Source: Lytechinus pictus (Eukaryota). From it: 64,000 nucleotides of DNA. A program made the position numbers and the translations under genes. Below the pieces are notes generated by a model. That model searched no databases. It was not told the DNA's origin and saw nothing but the letters and a program-made list of their open reading frames with translations. Every line of letters begins with the position of its first letter. Position 1 is the first letter of the stretch. The DNA is taken from contig NC_087247.1 of the NCBI RefSeq assembly GCF_037042905.1, positions 13,392,001 through 13,456,000 on the forward strand, read 5' to 3'. Shown piece by piece: positions 13,201 to 24,122 of the stretch.

Positions 13201-16200
13201 AGATGTTCTCTATTTGTTGTCAATTTCATTATTATTTGATTTTTAGGCTGTGATCTGTAGTGCTTTCTATCCTAACCTCCTCAAAGCAAGACTTGGCAAG
13301 CATGAGAAGGGGAAGCTAAGAACCAACAAATTAATCTTCAAAGACTTGTAAGTATTTCAAGCCAATACTACTGCTATTTATGGTTATATACCGGCCTTTA
13401 TTAACTGTAGTATAACATCTTGGTGAATATCCAGGATGATGCCAAGGTGTATTCGATTTGAAGGAATGTGTGTATCTTAACCAATATTGTTGCAAAAGTA
13501 AGAGCTAAATTTATATTAGTCCTTATTTCATGACATCCAAAAATATTGGAACATATATGATATATTTATACTCCTGCTTGAGTTAAAGTTTTGAAAGAGA
13601 TGGCATTTCAGTCATTACAGACAAAAGGTGGTATATTGATTACACTTTTGTCACCTTCGTGACTGATATTTTTCATAATTTATCATCTTATTTTGTTCAA
13701 ATAGTCATTCAATTGCTTCTGGATTTTTTACTTCCTTTTTAACAACTTTCCATTTGGGTTTTAAAAGTAGGCTCATTGCATTGCTAATTAACGTTATACC
13801 AATATGACATTCGATCATTGTTACATACAACACAGCTCTTATGACATGATTTTTTTTTCCTTGACTTTTCCAGAGATTCCAACAATGTTCTGCTCCATCG
13901 GAGATCCGTCAACTGTGCAAAGAAAGATTTCAGGAGCAAATGGCTGACATACTTCTCAAAGGTTTGTCTCCAAAACACCAGTATATTATGGTATGATTGT
14001 GCTACTTCCTAATGACAGGAATTCTTTTTTCTTTCCTTATTCTGAACAGATGTTCTTATTGGACACTTGGTTGAGATTCAAACTTCTAGATTAGATATAT
14101 ACTTTAGAATTGTTTATACTTTTTGTCTTCCGACATCCTGCCCCTATTTTATTCTAAGATAACCGAATTATTTTTTAAGAAAGACCTGTATATTGCTATT
14201 ACAGATGTAGCAGAAAACATTGGTCTGTCAGTAAAGGCGACCGCACACCTTACGACTGGTCTGCGACCCGATTTTAGAATAAAATGTAGTAGTATTTGAT
14301 GCTAATATTAAGACTTGGAATATCTTACTGTATAATGTTCTAAATCATCGTACGAATACCTATGATCAAATTTGTGACTATGCTATCATCCTTCTTAGAA
14401 TAAAAGCGAATTTGATATCTAGTCGTAATGACGTCATAGCAGTCGTACGATTGGCTACGATTTGAAACTAATTTGGACTTTACTCCAAAATAAGGGCTTG
14501 CAATCTTTCAAAATGGTTATAATATTATTATTTCAATTAATTTTAACCTCAAATAAAATGATATGTTCCATTTACATCTTCAAAAAATGAACAAAATGTG
14601 ATTTGTTCCAAAATCGGGTCACAGACCAGTCGTAAGGTGTGCGGTCGCCTTAAAGCATAGGGAACTTTAGCTATTTGTTTAGATATACTCTATGCTAATA
14701 GTGAGAAGCATCCTGCTCTAACTATTTCTTTTGTACCATTGTGTTTTGTTTTGGTCAAGATGAGATGCCATTCAACAATCCTATGTATCTCAATTGTAAT
14801 GACAGGTACGATCTGATGCAACCTTTGTTCGTGACTGCTCCGTCATCCATCCTATGGCTGTAATAGCGTTTGCTGGAAACACTCTCTATGTTGATAAACT
14901 AACCCAGAGAGGTATGTTGCTTCAACAAGTCATGATAACATCTGGCTCCATTTCATAAAAAAAGTTGATATGATAGCAAATTTTGCTGGAATGTCAACTA
15001 TCATGACAACAGTGAAATTCTGCTTCTTGATTGGCTTTTCCAATTAAAGATGACATTATTTCAAGAGTTGGTATAATAGAAACTTTATATGAAGTGGGGC
15101 CCAAGGCCCCATCTTGTAAAACTTGTTATAATAACAAAATAATTTATGATAACAGATAAAAAGCTACTGAAATCCTTTAAATCTGATTGGTTGATAGTAA
15201 ATTTGTTATTGAAATTGGCCATTTGTTATAACAACAAGTCTTTATAAAAACGGCACCCTGCTTTGCTCGTATATAATTCTATTTTCAATTTGTAAATCGA
15301 GGGGGGGGAAGCAATATCATTACAAAGTGAACATCATGCTCATCCAGAAAGCACATAAAAAAGGGTTGATTTTCACGATCAGGCAACATATGCGCATACA
15401 GTGAAAAAGGGTATCAAAATCACCAAAATAAAAAAAAGCAGACATACTTTTCGACAGCCTATGCACATATGGCATTTGGAAATGGTATATATTGCAACCT
15501 ATCATGAAAATAGATTATTTGGGATATTATTGAGGATTGAGGGCAACATGACATGAAGTTGCGCTGTGAGATTGAAGCAAGATAACCTGTTAGGGTCTTC
15601 TTTGAAAATTCATGGGCACCCATGGTGTCCAATGGGTAATGACAGTTCCCAAATGGTAAATCTGTGACAAACCTTAAACTAAAAACATAAATTTTATAAT
15701 AATAATAACAATACTATAACAATAATGATATGATAATAATAACGTAATAATGACAACAACAGCAGCAGCAGTATATTTACTCTAGGTAGCCACTACAGTT
15801 CCAAAACTGGTCTCCCAGCGGGCCCTGCTATTATTATTATTACCTCGGCTTTAGCTCGGCTACCTATGCGCTCAAGCAGTCACAGAATTCTTCTACCAGG
15901 TACCCATTCATCTCACCTGGGTTGAGTGCAGCACAATGTGGGTAAATTTCTTGCTGACCATTGTATTGATATTATATCATTTTGAAAAATATACAGCAAC
16001 TTTTGCTTTCTGGTTGTATTTCAATAGAGAAGAAAGAGATTGTTGTAGAAAATGGTGGTGTCAACGTTGCCTCCCTTGTGAAGCTGGTGATTGATGACGA
16101 GCAGGTTTCACAAGAGAGTGGCGGAGATGAGTTCAGCCCATGGGAAGGCTTACCGATCACATTCTATATGACGAAGGACACTGCAGTCTATACTATGGCC

Positions 16201-18407
16201 TTCATGAGAGCAATGAAACAAATGATTGAAGAATGTCTCACAGAGGAAGCCCTCATACCGGTGAGTACTTTGCTTTGTAGATCATCCAATGCAATTGCTT
16301 TCTATTCATCCCAACTAGAAATCCATGAACATTCACAAAATTTTGTAATGTAATAACCACTAATAATATTAATGATAATAATAGGCATTTATGTAGTGCC
16401 ATCTAGCTAGAAATAATCTATTCCAAGGCGCACTATTATTATTATTACCCTGGCTTTGGCTCAAGCTGCCTTCCAGCACTCAGTGCATTCAATGAATTAA
16501 TCCTACCGAGTACCTATTCACCTCACCTGGGTTGAGTGAAACATGATGTGTTTCAATAAGATTCTTGCTCAAGGAAAACATGACATGGCTGGGATTTAAA
16601 CCCACTTCCCTCTGGTTGAAAGATGAGTCTTAACACCAGACCATGACGACTGCTCCGCAGTTTGTACACTGTACTAAATATTCATTACATCTGAAATGTT
16701 GAGGGCGATCTGCAACTTTTTGTTCTAAACTGAATTGAAGAACTTTTCATTTTATTGACTAAGGTGAACATTTTTTTGGATTACACATTTAATAGCATTC
16801 CAGGATTAGAAGCAACATAGGGCAAATGCTTAAAGGGGAATGAAACCTTTGGAATAAGTAGGCTTTTGTCGAAACAGAAAAATCAAAGAAACAGATCAAT
16901 GAAAGTTTTTGAGAAAAATCGGACAAACAATGCGAAAGTTATGAGCATTTGAATATTGCAATCACTAATGCTATGGAGATCCTCCCATTGGCAATGCGAC
17001 AAGGATGTGTGATGTCACATGTGAACAACTTTCCCTTTGATGGACTATAAAATACCCCCCAAATGTCTCTTTTTGCTTTTTCTTATGGTGATACAAACTC
17101 TTTATCCATGATGTATTGTTTAAAAATCTGTATTACATGCCCTCCTATAGAAGGAACACATGATCTACTGATAAATGTGATAAAAGAGGCAATATAAGTG
17201 AAATATATACTAAAGTAATGGGGGGAGTTGTTCACAGGTGACATCACACATCTTTGTCGCATTGCCAATATGAGGATCTCTATAGCATTAGTGATTGCAA
17301 TATTCAAATGCTCATAACTTTCTCATTGTTCGTCCAATTTTTTCAAACTTTTGCTGATCTGTTTCTTTGATTTTCTGTTTTCACACAAGCTATTTTGTTC
17401 TAAAGGTTTCATTCTCCTTTAAGATATATGCACATAATCCACCATATTTGGGACATTTCTTTGTCTGTGTTTTTTAGTTCATTCGTAAAAGAATTATAGT
17501 GTTCTCAAGTTATCAGGGCTTTAGCAGAGCTGCCAACCATTGTTTTGGCCATAATTATTACCGTTTTGCAATAAAAATTATGGTATTACTTTTTTCTTCA
17601 TGAAATTTGATTTTCTTTTTCAATTTTTTTATCCTATTGAAAAAAATTGTCTCTAAATGTTTCTATTTTCATAAAATATACACAAGTTTAGGTAATTGTA
17701 TGAATGTAATTTCAGGTACCGGTAACTAGATCAAAGGTCAAAGATCATTTACGGGTCAATATTTCAAAATACAGTTTTAAAGGCTCGCTGAATCCAGTTT
17801 CTTGTTCCCAGAGGTTGGCAGGTCTTGTTTGAATGGTCGTGTTGAGAATTTTTTTTTTTCGTTGGAAATTCCCTTTTTGGGGCATTAAGATTCCTTTTGG
17901 GGGGGGTTACACGAGGTTGACTGCTCTACTTTAGCAGTTTTTTAATTGAAATAAGAATTGAGAAGAAAGGGGATCAGACTTACAAGAGAGTTGATTATTT
18001 TATGGAATTGCCATTTAATATGAATTCAGATAATGCATTCAATATCTAATCATACAAATGTTCCTGATTTATGATGCATTGTAGATAGTTCCCAGTCTTG
18101 GATTTTTATCATGATATTGATAGATGATATAATTATATGATTAGTTTCTTTCATTATCATTCTACCCATTTGTATTTCAAAAGCGCAAGGAGACTTAAAT
18201 TGTAATTTATGTGATATAAAAACTGATGATTGTTAATATCATTCCACTTCTATCCTCAATCTTTTTTAATAGTCTGGGACCACCCTCGAGAAACACTCTG
18301 CCGTACTCGGTCTATTCGGTAAGCTACTTGGTACCCAAGTCCTGCACTCCCAACAAGGTCAGCAAGCTGAACAGGGTGAGAAGGAGCAATCCACATCAGG
18401 ATCCTGA
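984..18407 (+). CDS. DHX30: DHX30-like DEAH/RHA-family ATP-dependent RNA helicase, 5'-partial; 15 coding exons in window (~644 aa)
   Basis: join(984-1215,2043-2120,2998-3068,3947-4076,4741-4864,5755-5886,6963-7101,7498-7588,8615-8771,11724-11842,13247-13347,13874-13961,14806-14911,16028-16260,18273-18407). All introns are GT-AG with consistent phases. Motifs [39 protein letters not shown]2 ([19 protein letters not shown]), SDHL and OB-like [14 protein letters not shown] closely follow DHX30 as I recall it. Confidence 0.9.
2043..2120 (+). CDS. DHX30: DHX30-like exon, motif IV ([26 protein letters not shown])
   Basis: ccag acceptor, cag|gtgaga donor; phase 0/0. Confidence 0.9.
2134..2393. mobile_element. 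MITE with G(G)CCCCRTCTTACAAAGAGTTG TIRs (Harbinger-like)
   Basis: TIR pair at both ends; internal sequence matches copies at 60077-60348 and 62567-62786. Confidence 0.75.
2570..2760. repeat. GGT-rich minisatellite (units of ggtggcgatgctggtgtt / ggtggtggcggtgtt)
   Basis: Tandem GGT-derived repeats directly visible; intronic. Confidence 0.9.
2998..3068 (+). CDS. DHX30: DHX30-like exon ([23 protein letters not shown])
   Basis: ttgcag acceptor, gtaagt donor; PVHS motif. Confidence 0.88.
3947..4076 (+). CDS. DHX30: DHX30-like exon, motif V ([31 protein letters not shown])
   Basis: tttcag acceptor, gtaagt donor. Confidence 0.92.
4741..4864 (+). CDS. DHX30: DHX30-like exon, motif VI ([24 protein letters not shown])
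   Basis: ttatag acceptor, gtaagt donor; QRxGRAGR. Confidence 0.92.
4915..5480. mobile_element. Decayed tandem-core interspersed element (aggtca-motif family)
   Basis: Repeated degenerate ~130-nt modules (gataactaaagaac../aaggtca) as in 23570-24122. Confidence 0.45.
5755..5886 (+). CDS. DHX30: DHX30-like exon ([20 protein letters not shown]...PPPSQA)
   Basis: tttcag acceptor, gtaaaa donor; EILRxPLE motif. Confidence 0.9.
5903..6080. mobile_element. MITE, same family as 313-497
   Basis: gggtgttttctaaagctgttcgtaa ... ttacaaacagctttatgaaacaccc. Confidence 0.7.
6963..7101 (+). CDS. DHX30: DHX30-like exon, HA2 domain ([43 protein letters not shown])
   Basis: ctgtccag acceptor, gtaacg donor. Confidence 0.9.
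7498..7588 (+). CDS. DHX30: DHX30-like exon ([18 protein letters not shown])
   Basis: tccag acceptor, gtaagg donor. Confidence 0.9.
8121..8243. mobile_element. Short MITE (GGG..CCGTAACACAAAG TIR)
   Basis: gggttccgtaacacaaaggttag ... ctaagctttgtgttacgagccc; second copy at 55526-55649. Confidence 0.75.
8615..8771 (+). CDS. DHX30: DHX30-like exon ([14 protein letters not shown]...[10 protein letters not shown])
   Basis: tttttatag acceptor, gtatgc donor; SDHL motif. Confidence 0.9.
8877..9140 (-). mobile_element. tRNA-derived SINE (related subfamily)
   Basis: ggtacccattt core, attcgaac B-box complement, aaccactacaccatggctcc head, (aat)n tail. Confidence 0.75.
9707..9858. repeat. Two-copy ~78-bp tandem repeat
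   Basis: cagaaactgaaaagtcatcaaatag..gtgaaagtagagctatcagtgttagttgcgagtctcgtgtaag occurs twice. Confidence 0.9.
10217..10253 (-). ncRNA. Degenerate minimal type-I hammerhead-like motif (Penelope pLTR type)
   Basis: Minus strand AACCC-AUGAAGA-A-GGCC(UAA)GGCC-GAAA-GC-UC-GGAUU; C3 replaced by A. Confidence 0.45.
10940..10978 (+). ncRNA. Degenerate minimal type-I hammerhead-like motif
   Basis: UCC-CUGACGA-A-GACAUGA(GAU)UUGUGUU-GAAA-AC-UU-GGA. Confidence 0.5.
11080..11442. mobile_element. MITE with ~28-bp imperfect TIRs and an internal palindrome
   Basis: ataggctatgtagatttgaatcag ... ctgatggcgaatccacatagactat; internal tgacgtcacctcagtgaat / attcactaaggtgacgtca. Confidence 0.6.
11451..11641. repeat. 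~190-bp imperfect hairpin element
   Basis: aacagatattgcct..taacatttc..tatatttttccc..atattttccc / gggtaaaatat..gggaaaaatata..gaaatgtta..aggtaatatctgtt. Confidence 0.75.
11724..11842 (+). CDS. DHX30: DHX30-like exon ([13 protein letters not shown]...[12 protein letters not shown])
   Basis: ttcctag acceptor, gtgtga donor; in frame with neighbours. Confidence 0.85.
11955..12800 (-). mobile_element. tRNA-derived SINE interrupted by a TTAA MITE
   Basis: SINE core atttacctcacctgggttgagtgcagcac; head split at gagagtcTTAA|...|TTAActactagac. Confidence 0.75.
12203..12774. mobile_element. Kolobok/T2-type MITE (TTAA TSD, AGG..CCT termini)
   Basis: TTAA|aggtcaagtccaccccag ... tggggtggacttgtcct|TTAA; near-identical inverted copy at 55887-56475. 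Confidence 0.85.
13247..13347 (+). CDS. DHX30: DHX30-like exon ([18 protein letters not shown]...)
   Basis: ttttag acceptor, gtaagt donor; YPNL motif. Confidence 0.88.
13874..13961 (+). CDS. DHX30: DHX30-like exon ([27 protein letters not shown])
   Basis: ttccag acceptor, gtttgt donor; OB-fold region. Confidence 0.88.
14235..14650. mobile_element. PIF/Harbinger-like MITE (TAA TSD, 45-bp TIR)
   Basis: taa|aggcgaccgcacaccttacgactggtctgcgacccgatttt ... aaaatcgggtcacagaccagtcgtaaggtgtgcggtcgcct|taa. Confidence 0.85.
14806..14911 (+). CDS. DHX30: DHX30-like exon ([24 protein letters not shown])
   Basis: gacag acceptor, gtatgt donor. Confidence 0.88.
14944..15260. mobile_element. Two adjacent decayed GGCCCC-type MITEs
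   Basis: ggctccatttcataaa..tttatatgaagtggggccc followed by ggccccatcttgtaaaacttgtt..aacaagtctttataaaaacggcaccc. Confidence 0.5.
15770..15958 (-). mobile_element. Truncated SINE copy
   Basis: ggtacccattcatctcacctgggttgagtgcagcacaatgtgggtaaatttcttgctga core; tail matches the 11955 copy. Confidence 0.75.
16028..16260 (+). CDS. DHX30: DHX30-like penultimate exon (KKEIVVENG...[16 protein letters not shown])
   Basis: tcaatag acceptor, gtgagt donor; phase 1/0 fits. Confidence 0.82.
16360..16650 (-). mobile_element. tRNA-derived SINE copy
   Basis: Same core and degenerate tRNA head as 598-864. Confidence 0.75.
16834..17418. mobile_element. Kolobok/T2-type MITE with ~200-bp TIRs
   Basis: TTAA|aggggaatgaaaccttt ... 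aaaggtttcattctcct|TTAA; arms complementary for ~200 bp. Confidence 0.88.
18273..18407 (+). CDS. DHX30: DHX30-like last coding exon ([19 protein letters not shown]...GS*)
   Basis: ttttttaatag acceptor; HxxxLxLxxxLL terminal helix as in DHX30; TGA at 18405-18407. Confidence 0.8.
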   Translation, partial: SGTTLEKHSAVLGLFGKLLGTQVLHSQQGQQAEQGEKEQSTSGS

Positions 18408-19141
18408 AGCAAGTATTAGGTATTGACCAGATCAGTCACCGGGGATGGCTCAGAGAGTCTTCACAAGATCTTGTGGATATCCTTGAAAGAAATTCTATGA
18501 AGTGCTTGTGCACTGTAAAAGGCTTCCTGGCTTATGAAAGCTTATGGGTAATGCCCCCCATAGTCCTTTACAGTGCATAGAGATGTTATGATAGCGTGAT
18601 ATGTGTTATGCAAGAACAGATTATTATTATGATATAGAGGGAAAGGAAGGAAAGTCTCATAGATGGTAGGATGCCTTCTGGCATTAAAGTCCTACTTTCT
18701 GAAGGAAGGGTTAATGCCAAAAGAAAACATGTTTGGATGTATGGAGGTAGAGGAAAATGTCAAACATTTTCAGGGCCTCCATATGTTGTCTTCCACCAGC
18801 ATGGAGAAGTTGAAGTTCTCATGTGAAGACTCTGTTTTGTTTGATAATGAGTAATAACTCATGAAGGCTATTGGATTAAACTATATACAAATAATGCACG
18901 TAAGCGCGTGCATGCAGGGCCAAATAATGAACGATGTGCGAGAAGAGCCAATGGATATACTGCATCGTGGTCCGTAGGACTGAGTGCGGTATATCCATTT
19001 GGCGAGTCGAGCACAGAGGTTTAGGTCCTCTATGCACAAGAATGTGTATATTGGTTGTGTTATACAACCCCCCACCCACCCGTGTTACTGAGTTGCCCCG
19101 AATGCTATATTTGATCTAAATTCTAGATAATTCCAGAACTC

Positions 19142-19181
19142 GCACTATCCTGCATTCTGACGTCAGAATGCAGGATAGTGC
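19142..19181. repeat. Perfect 40-bp palindrome centred on TGACGTCA, followed by two ~32-bp tandem half-copies
   Basis: gcactatcctgcattctgac|gtcagaatgcaggatagtgc. Confidence 0.9.
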
Positions 19182-20645
19182 ATTTGGTATGACGTCAGAG
19201 TGCAGGATAGTGCATTTGGTATGACGTCGGAGTGCAGGATAGTGCATTTTGGATGCAATAGTGCAATTCGCTGAATATCATGTGATCCAATTTGGACCAA
19301 TCAGATTACAGAACATCTTGGGAGTTACTTAATTACCACTGACGCAGTATGGGTCCAGCTGTGTATAGACAGATACAGTATGTGGTCTGATAATTGCATC
19401 CTAAGCTGTAGATACCAAGATAATTATGCTGCATTGTTGTATAGTGCTTGCTGCATGTTAAATGCTATATTAACAACTATTATAACTATAATTAACTGTA
19501 AGTTGTAGCAAGAACATACTGCAAGCAAATCTTGTCTCCAAAGCTCACTTTGAAATTTAGGTCTGACTCTCATTATTTTATGAAAGCTGGAGAAACTTAG
19601 ATAGATAAATGACTAAAAAACATAAACAATGAGTGTACAAATCTCCATGTGTCGTAGTTTGACAGCTAAATTGTGCATTGGATTGCATAAGTATTTTCGC
19701 ATGGTAAAATTTCACATAAATAGTAATGAAACTTAGTATAAGGCAACATTTAATAGTGAGATAAATTAATTCAAATTAAAAAGGAATGTTAGAGAAGAAA
19801 AGGAAGTGAAGGAGAAGGAGGGATTATAATGAATCGATAAACTTAACATTTACTTAAAATATATACGAAATATACTGTATGTGGCGATAAACAGGTTGGA
19901 ACATTTCAACCCTGAAAATAATATTCGCATGTGGTTATTGCGAACTAAATAAGCTAATGTGAGGTAAACTTTTGAAAGTGAGTACAAAAGTTAAGAACAA
20001 GAGATCCAGTTTATCGTAAGTTTGATGTTTTTAAAGTCATGTAGACAAGGTGTAATGAGCCTGATTAAAATACAAACTACCATTTCACATCATGCCAGTG
20101 GATTGTACATAGAATAAACAAAAATAGAAGAGCGGCAAAATTTAGATTATTACACTTTGAAGTATTACATCTTCAATTTCGAATAAATAAAATTATTGCA
20201 ATTCAATTATTACATTATAAAATTACAAAATATTATCAATTGTTAAATTATTACATAATAGCATACAGTGCATTCATAATTTCAAATTGAGTATAAAAAC
20301 ACATTATTAATAATAAAATTCAGTCATCAGTTTGCGTTGATCCTCTATTAACATAGAGTTTAAAAAGAGTTTTTATATTGATAGTACAGCACCGTCGGCA
20401 CCTTGGCTCAACATAACGGTTCGTTTGTCTCAGATTTCATGTACGCCTTTTTTCAGTGAACCAGGCATTACCTACTTTAGTGTGAGAGTGCATAAGTTTT
20501 TTCTTCTGACATGTAAAAAATATTGTTCACAAGAAAACCATAAAATTAAACCATATTTGAATCTGATTACATTTCAGTATACCAGCATAATGGAGATGGG
20601 GCCTATAATCTACTATTGTTATAGTGTAGTTGCTCTTGTTTACTC

Positions 20646-21060
20646 TACTGTGTCAGTCAAAAAAAAAATTGACACCTCACGAATCACCAATTTAAGGAAA
20701 AATATGTCATGAACACGTAAGCAAATCCCTTTTCAATGAAGATAACTTGAGAATTGATGCTAAAAAGTGTTTATCAAACAATTATAATGAAAATTATTGA
20801 AAATGTATTTGATGCAACCCTTGTAGGATTATGACATCATTGACATTGGGATTCATTCATTGCAGGTATGCCTTACTTTGGCGCAAATCAAAATTCACAT
20901 CACTGCAAAGAATACCTTCTGGCACATACCAGATAATATGGTATCAAATTATTCTTACAGTCTTTCAGGCCGTATATAATAATCATGTGTTCATGGCATG
21001 TTTTTTCCGTAAATTGGGGATTTCTGAGGTGTCAATTTATTTTTAATTAAAAGGTGTATA
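20646..21060. mobile_element. Decayed Tc1/mariner-like MITE
   Basis: aaaaattgacacctcacgaatcaccaattta ... taaattggggatttctgaggtgtcaattt inverted ends. Confidence 0.55.
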
Positions 21061-22199
21061 GCAGAAAGCAATTTCCAATTCCATCTTTTCTAGGGTAATA
21101 AGTGTTATGAAATGCATGTCTTCATAACTTATTCATGTGTAATAAGTAGTGCAAAATTATTTTTCTGTGATTGAATGTGTTACATATACACTCAGTTGTG
21201 AGGCTATAAGTATGTATTTAAGAGTTCTAGCACTGCCATTCTCTGTATTTGACATGAATGTGAGTAACATGAATGACAATGTGACAGTATGTCATATATA
21301 GATGAAATAGCTTGTTGCAATGACGTTTGTAGATAGACCTATTGCTTACAGCAATTTACGTCTTCTCTTCTTTCTTTTTTTGGTAAAGATTGGTGCTTTT
21401 CATGTGAATTTACATTTCGTTGTGTGAGAGATTATGTTTTATTGTTTTTAACATGTGTAACATGTTTTCTTATCTATGCAAAATTTTGCCATAAGCAGCT
21501 GACAAAGCAATATTGTTTGCTTTAATTGATAGAAATTTGTTGAAGATTTCTCTGATTGTTTTTGTATTTTTGGACACACAATATCCAATGATAAATGATG
21601 TACAGGCAAAGAGAGGCAGATAAAACAAGTCCGACAGACAGAGAGAGAAAAACACAGATACAGACAGAAGCTATCGAAATTCATAAAATTAACAAATTTG
21701 ACCAATCTTTTTTCCAGCTACTTTCAGCAAAATGAATAGAGTTTATGAACACAATTTTGGGAAAAAAAGCATTTAGTTTCTTTCATTTTAAAAACAATTT
21801 GGTTTAAAGTAAAGCCTGTAGTAAACTGAAGAAATATCTTACCTTTGTTAAAGTTTAGTCAACAGTATAGTATATCTATTGCCAGGTGGTACAGGCTAGA
21901 GCAAGCCCTTAAAACTCTCAACAGGTTGGGCTGAGACAGAAAGCTGGTTGAAAACAAGATCAACCAGTCCTCGGAAAGAAGGAGATTTTATAAGCAATAT
22001 TTCTAGCTGACGGGATTTACTTTACTTTAAGTCCATGATGCTGTACGCTTGATTGCCTGTCCATCAATCATAGTATCCTCTCTGGGGGTAGTACAGTATC
22101 CATGATATTGAACAAATAAATAGAATTAACATGAGAAAGGACTGTCAGAAGTGTGCACATGTATGCTAAACTGAAGAAAACAAAGACAATAGGGCCTAC

Positions 22200-23000
22200 A
22201 TCATTTTTGTGGCTCACCTCTGTACACTTTCTAACTGTCTTTGTTCACTTAGTTGATATGGCAACCATGCGTCTTGTCCATACTCTAATAGGGGTCTGAT
22301 AAGATCTTTAAACAAGTATGACATGGTAACTGTATCTAGACTAACAAATGTTCTTCTAACGATTCTTAGGTCTCTGTTACCCTTTAATGCTGCTTCTGAC
22401 ACTTGTTCTTTGAAAAACAGCTTCGAGTCAATTAGTACCCCTAGGTCCTTTCCTGCTTGAACCTCCTTAAGAGTAACTAGTTTTGACTCTGCTTTCATGT
22501 GATACTGAGTCCGTTCTTTTGTATTGTTTCCCCCTAGCTTTAAGATGGTGCATTTATCAGGATGAAAATGGATCTGCCATTTTGCAGCCCACTGTTTTAG
22601 AAGGGAGATGTCTCTTTGGAGTTGTTTGACAACAGAACATATATGCATCTATGTATCATCTTTACATCATCCTTACAACATTACAAAATTAGACTTGACA
22701 ACATTTGGAAGATCATTGACAAAAACTAAAAAGAGTGTTGGACCCAACACACTACCTTGTGGCACACCGCTCAGTACTTCTCCCCAGGACGACATTTTTC
22801 CACCAATGACTACACACTGCCGTCTACCTGTTAGAAAAAACATAAGCCATTTGTGGAGTTTACCACAGATACCAAAGGATTTTGACTTAACAAAGTGACA
22901 CTGGTGAGGCCCTGTATCAAACGCTTTCATAATTTCTATTGGCATATAGTACTCTTTCTTTAGTCCTAACTTTCCCTTGTGAATTTCATTCAACATGGTC
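22200..23000 (-). mobile_element. Decayed CR1/L2-group LINE reverse transcriptase fragment
   Basis: KAFDT.PH, FLTGRRQCVVI, SGVPQGSVLGPTLFLVFVNDL, eroded YADD, KDLGVLIDSKL, LIRPLLEY, LESVQR; disrupted by stops and frameshifts. Confidence 0.9.
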
Positions 23001-23569
23001 AGGTGACCTCCCCCGCCCCCATGTTCTTGTGTTTTCCATTCTATGTAGGTAAGCATTTGGGCATCACTGCCGTCTTGATTGCTTCCTGTTGTAAAGCCTG
23101 CTGCTTCTCCTTGAATTGACTCAAGTTCATTTATCTGCCAAACTCTTTACAAATCCTGAGCACCGCTTGCATATTCTTTGCTGATATACCAGATACTGGT
23201 CAGAAGGCATTTCTTTTCCTTTTTGGGGACAAACTGTACGTTTATCCTAAAAAAAACTCTAATGTATGGTTGTTTTCATAGCTTTGTCTGCATGGTTTCA
23301 GTTTCTATTCCAAAAGAAGGATGGGTGCTTTTCTACAAGAAATTCTCCCCTTTTGGCTTTTCATTTCCCTCTGTTTGAACTATAGCATATTCAAGGCTAT
23401 ATTCTTTTTCATATTTATGTTTTTATTATAAATCATCAAGAATCACAATATTTGCAATAGATTGGCATGATAACAATAAAAAAACCAAATACATGAAAAT
23501 AATATTTTGAACTCTGCATCCTGCAGCGTGGTAGACAACTTTGCTACTTTTATAGTCAAGATTCTCACC

Positions 23570-24122
23570 ACCCCTTTTTAGTTTGCTGGTCTAGTTCATA
23601 AAACTTGGATATAACAGTAATCAAGTATCACTGAACATCCTGTGCGAATTTCAGGTCACATGACCAAGGTCAAAGGTCAATGAACTATGGCCATGTTGGG
23701 GGTATCTGTTGAATTACCATCATAACATTGATAGTTTTTGGATCTGATTCATGAAACTTGGACATAAGAGTAATCAAGTATCACTGAACATCCTGTGTGA
23801 GTTTCAGGTCACATGATCAAGGTCAAAGGTCATTTAAGGTCAGTGAACTTTGGCCACATTGGGAGTATTTGTTGAATTACCATCATAACTTTGAAAATTT
23901 ATTGGTCTAGTGCATAAATCTTGGTGATCAGAGTAATCAAGTATCTCTGAACATCCTGTGCGAATTTCAGGTCATATGACCAAGGTCAAAGGTCAATGAA
24001 CTTTGGCCATGTTGGGGGTATCTTTTAAATTACCATCATAACTTTGAAAGTTTATGGATCTGATCCATGAAATTTGTACATAAGAGTAATCAAGTATCAC
24101 TTGCCAGAGGTGCTCCACTTGT
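23570..24122. mobile_element. Tandem-core element: ~3.5 copies of a 152-163-bp unit ending in gccagaggtgctccacttgttt (DINE-1/HINE/pearl-like layout)
   Basis: aatcaagtatc recurs at ~23620, 23772, 23935 and 24088; the same unit and 3' end occur at 39170-39370 and 40370-40543. Confidence 0.75.

Noticed and set aside
18405-18419. Stop readthrough or selenocysteine at the helicase TGA
   Set aside because: Only three codons follow before a TAG, and no readthrough context or SECIS was recognised
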